Shown: one piece after another, positions 61,283 to 64,000 of the stretch | Numbering within the stretch: the first letter of the stretch is position 1 | Layout of the letters: the number at the start of each line of letters is the position of its first letter | DNA from: Candidatus Moanibacter sp. | Lineage (GTDB): Bacteria; Verrucomicrobiota; Verrucomicrobiia; Opitutales; UBA2987 | Direction: 5' to 3' | Assembly (NCBI GenBank): GCA_965215885.1 | Contig: CBDCEW010000095.1 | Location: forward strand, 71,345 to 135,344 | DNA length: 64,000 nucleotides | Position numbers and translations under genes: made by a program | Notes under the pieces: generated by a model | Database searches by the model: none | The model's input: the letters and a program-made list of their open reading frames with translations, nothing else | What the model was told of the DNA's origin: nothing

Positions 61283-62610
61283 AAGTTACATCCGAGGCAT
61301 GGTTAGGGCCTTCAACCGGCGAGGATGGGATGCCTCTGTCCTCAATTTCCGGGGGTGCAGCGGAGAGGAGAATCGTCTCGCGCGCTCCTACCACAGTGAC
61401 GCTACGGAGGACCTTGACACGCTTGTCTCTTACCTTGAAACGAACTCTACCTACGAGACGCTCGCCTTTGTCGGTTTCAGCCTGGGTGGTAACCTCGTCC
61501 TGAAATATGTCGGGGAGAGCGCAGAGAAACTGAAACCATCCATTGTCGCCGCCGCCGCGGTATCCGTCCCCTGCGATCTCGCATCGAGCGCCGCCTGCAT
61601 GTCCCAAATCTCAAACCGCTTCTACATGCGCCGTTTCGCGCGAAAACTGCGAGAAAAGATCCTCTCGAAGGCAAAACGATTCCCCGATGAGATCAATTTT
61701 CCATCTCTCCGCGCCGCAACCACATTTTACCAAATTGACGAACACTACACCGGACCAATCCACGGATTTAAGGGGGCCCATGATTACTGGACCCGATGCA
61801 GTTGCCGACAATTCACCCCAAGGATCAGGATCCCCACCCTCTTGATCAGCGCACGTGACGATCCCTTTCTCTCCAAAGCCTGTTTCCCTTACCAGGAAGC
61901 AGTAGAGAATCCAAATTTCACCCTCGAAGTTACGGATTCAGGTGGCCACGTCGGTTTTATCGCCCTCAATGGTAGTGGAGAATACTGGCACGAAAGCCGT
62001 ATCGCCGATTTCGCCTCAGCTGTCGCCGCGACGCATCCTCGAAACTCGTCGTCGTAATCGTAGTAGGAGGTCGATCTTCTCATCTTCCATTAACAATTCA
62101 AAAGTTTATTATTCGGATTTTCCCTCTCGCTCAGTGATAGAAGGCATTCGCGCTCTTTGAAGAATTTTCCCACGGTGGGCTTTGCCCCATACCACTGTGC
62201 TTGTGAGTGACCCTAGCTACCCTCATTGAATAGGTACTGCGGTGAGCTTCTCTCCTTCATCCAACGACTACCGTTAGGAACAGCGGGATGGCTACTGCAC
62301 CCGTGGGCATTCTCTCTATCGACAAAGCTTACGATCCCGCTCAAGAAGAGGTTTGTGAGAGCACCGGTGGGACATTGCCATCTCAATCTTTGTCGTCGAC
62401 TCTGTCGATTCGCGTTGTCATTGCGAGGAAGAATGACGAAGCAATCCAGACATCTGGCCTGAATCCGACAAGCCACAATTCATCCGTTGCCTGTCTTTCT
62501 ATCCGCTGTAACACGCTCCCTTTCGCGTAATTTCGCGTTCTTTCGTGGCTAACGGTGTACTCGAAACAGGGACGCATCCTCGAACTCAGGTGGAAGGGAG
62601 TGGGAGGACT

Positions 62611-63357
62611 TCAAATATTCTTTCCGCCATCGATCACAATATTCTGTCCTGTGACAACGTGCGTGTGAGCGATGAGCGCGTAGACGGTATCGGCGATATA
62701 ATCCGGGGTCGCTATCTCCTCCAGGATTGTGCCCTCGCACCCCAGACGAAAGTGATCTTCATGACCATCCACCCATCGCGTATTGACAATCCCGGGTGCG
62801 ATCGAATTGACCCGCACTTCGGGGGCCAGAGCGATGGCAAGGGATTTAGTAACGCTGATAGCGGCTGCCTTTGAAGCTGCGTAGGCCATGGAACTTCCCA
62901 TTCCTGTCAAACCGGCCACGGAAGTGATGTTAACGATATAACCTCTCCGTTTCTTCAGTTCCTCTGCAACGGCACGGCAACAAAGGAATATGCCCTTTGC
63001 GTTTACGTCCATTGCACGATCCCAGTATTCCTCCTTGAGTCCCTCCAGATCGTCAAGGGCGACAAAATCGGTAGTTCCAGCACAATTTATCAAAATGTCG
63101 AGTCTGCCAAACCGGATCAGCGTCTCAGCCACCATCTCTCGAACCTGACCGTCGTTTGACACATCAGCCTTGTGTGCGGCCGCCTCTACGCCCATTCCCA
63201 CAATTGTCTGCTCAACCTCCAACGCCTCATTTTCCGAACGTGAATAGTTAACTACAATGTTGATCCCCTCGCGCGCCAAACGAAGGGCAATGGCCCTTCC
63301 AATTCCGGTTCCTCCTCCCGTCACGAGTGCAGTCCTGCCTCTTAAAGTTTTTCCCAT
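62611..63357 (-). CDS. Short-chain dehydrogenase/reductase
   Basis: TGGGTGIG, NCAG, YAASK, VNSIAPG. Confidence 0.92.
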   Translation of the reverse strand: MGKTLRGRTALVTGGGTGIGRAIALRLAREGINIVVNYSRSENEALEVEQTIVGMGVEAAAHKADVSNDGQVREMVAETLIRFGRLDILINCAGTTDFVALDDLEGLKEEYWDRAMDVNAKGIFLCCRAVAEELKKRRGYIVNITSVAGLTGMGSSMAYAASKAAAISVTKSLAIALAPEVRVNSIAPGIVNTRWVDGHEDHFRLGCEGTILEEIATPDYIADTVYALIAHTHVVTGQNIVIDGGKNI

Positions 63358-63492
63358 AAAACAATCCCTCAGTTTCCTGTTTTTTAACAAGTATTTCGAA
63401 TCAGCCTAGATTTAACACTCTTGGAGAAGACGTTCGTCATCAAGAGCGTATCCGGCCTGGTGTCTCTACCGTCATTGCGATCCCGCCAGGCG

Positions 63493-64000
63493 CATTTGCG
63501 TTAACCTAAGGAGAAGAAACAAGAGAGGAAATCAAGTCGAGAACGTTTTTCATAGGTGCAGTGTTTGGGGATTTGTTTGAGCCATCGGGGGATGATCTGA
63601 TCTTTGGGAATGTGAGAGAGGATGAAGAAGTAGGGAGCAAAGAAGCCAAACCAGTAGGAGAATTTAAGAATACTCAGAGGAGAGGACAAACTGGTATTCG
63701 AATAGTGTCTAAGGGGACCATAGACGAAGTTGAGTAAGTGGGTAATGAGGATGAGACGGGCGTAGATAAGAAGCTCAACCTGGTAGGGAGTAGTCTCTTT
63801 GGCCTGACCGAGATTAAGATGTTGCTTAAAGGCCTTAAAGAAAATTTCGATGCGCCAGCGAAGCCCGTAAAAGCTCAGAATCTGCTTAGGGCTAAAGTCT
63901 TTCTGATGGAGGTTTGTAATAAAGATTTGGAAACCGAGAAGGAAGCTGGTGCGGCTGGTATATCGAAGTCTATTGTCGCGGTTTTGTCTATGCTCGTGGC
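63493..64000 (-). mobile_element. IS4-family element, 3' part (continues off the right edge)
   Basis: Frame open from the edge: IFITNL...YGLRWRIEIFFKAFKQHL to stop at 63501; end-like TTAACGCAAATG. Confidence 0.8.

Larger units (their letters stand above)
58769..62057 (+). pseudogene. YheT-family alpha/beta hydrolase split by an IS
   Basis: N.HLQT, PDGDF, HGLE in the 5' part; NFRGCSGE, GFSLGG, DDPF, GGHVGF in the 3' part; rejoins as SASESYIRGM. Confidence 0.88.

Noticed and set aside
58975..61290. Wider IS ends TGAAAGTTCAG...CTGAAGTTACA
   Set aside because: The inner boundaries with the AAGTT duplication restore the yheT frame (ESYIRG) exactly; the wider ones do not.

Overview
Bacterial chromosomal window, probably from a PVC-group (Verrucomicrobiota-like) organism judging only from gene content and repeat style. 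Bases 1-7102 are the right end of an element integrated at tmRNA (att copy at 7082-7102). It holds a collapsed phage replication module (family A DNA polymerase fragment, HTH, SSB-like protein), an intact two-gene cassette (QatC/Cap9-like QueC enzyme fused to a regulator-type C-terminal domain, plus a partner starting Met-Gly) and a DUF499 remnant. Bases 7.1-17.5 kb contain GIY-YIG genes and remnants interleaved with mostly toxin-less toxin-antitoxin modules. At 18243-18824 an AhpD/CMD protein has an in-frame TGA in its CxxC motif (CLFU) followed by a SECIS-like hairpin, so it is a probable selenoprotein that the ORF track splits in two. The rest is catabolic and housekeeping genes (Gfo/Idh/MocA oxidoreductases, a Thr-type sulfatase-like protein, ThrC-like, nagA/nagB-like, lactonase, M16 peptidase, ABC-F). 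These are interrupted by at least seven IS elements, several with resolvable ends and target duplications, plus several short palindromic repeat families. Many genes have internal deletions. Some tracts look like long-read consensus noise, so individual frameshifts need read-level confirmation. All family assignments come from motif recognition, not database searches. No rRNA, complete tRNA or CRISPR array was found.
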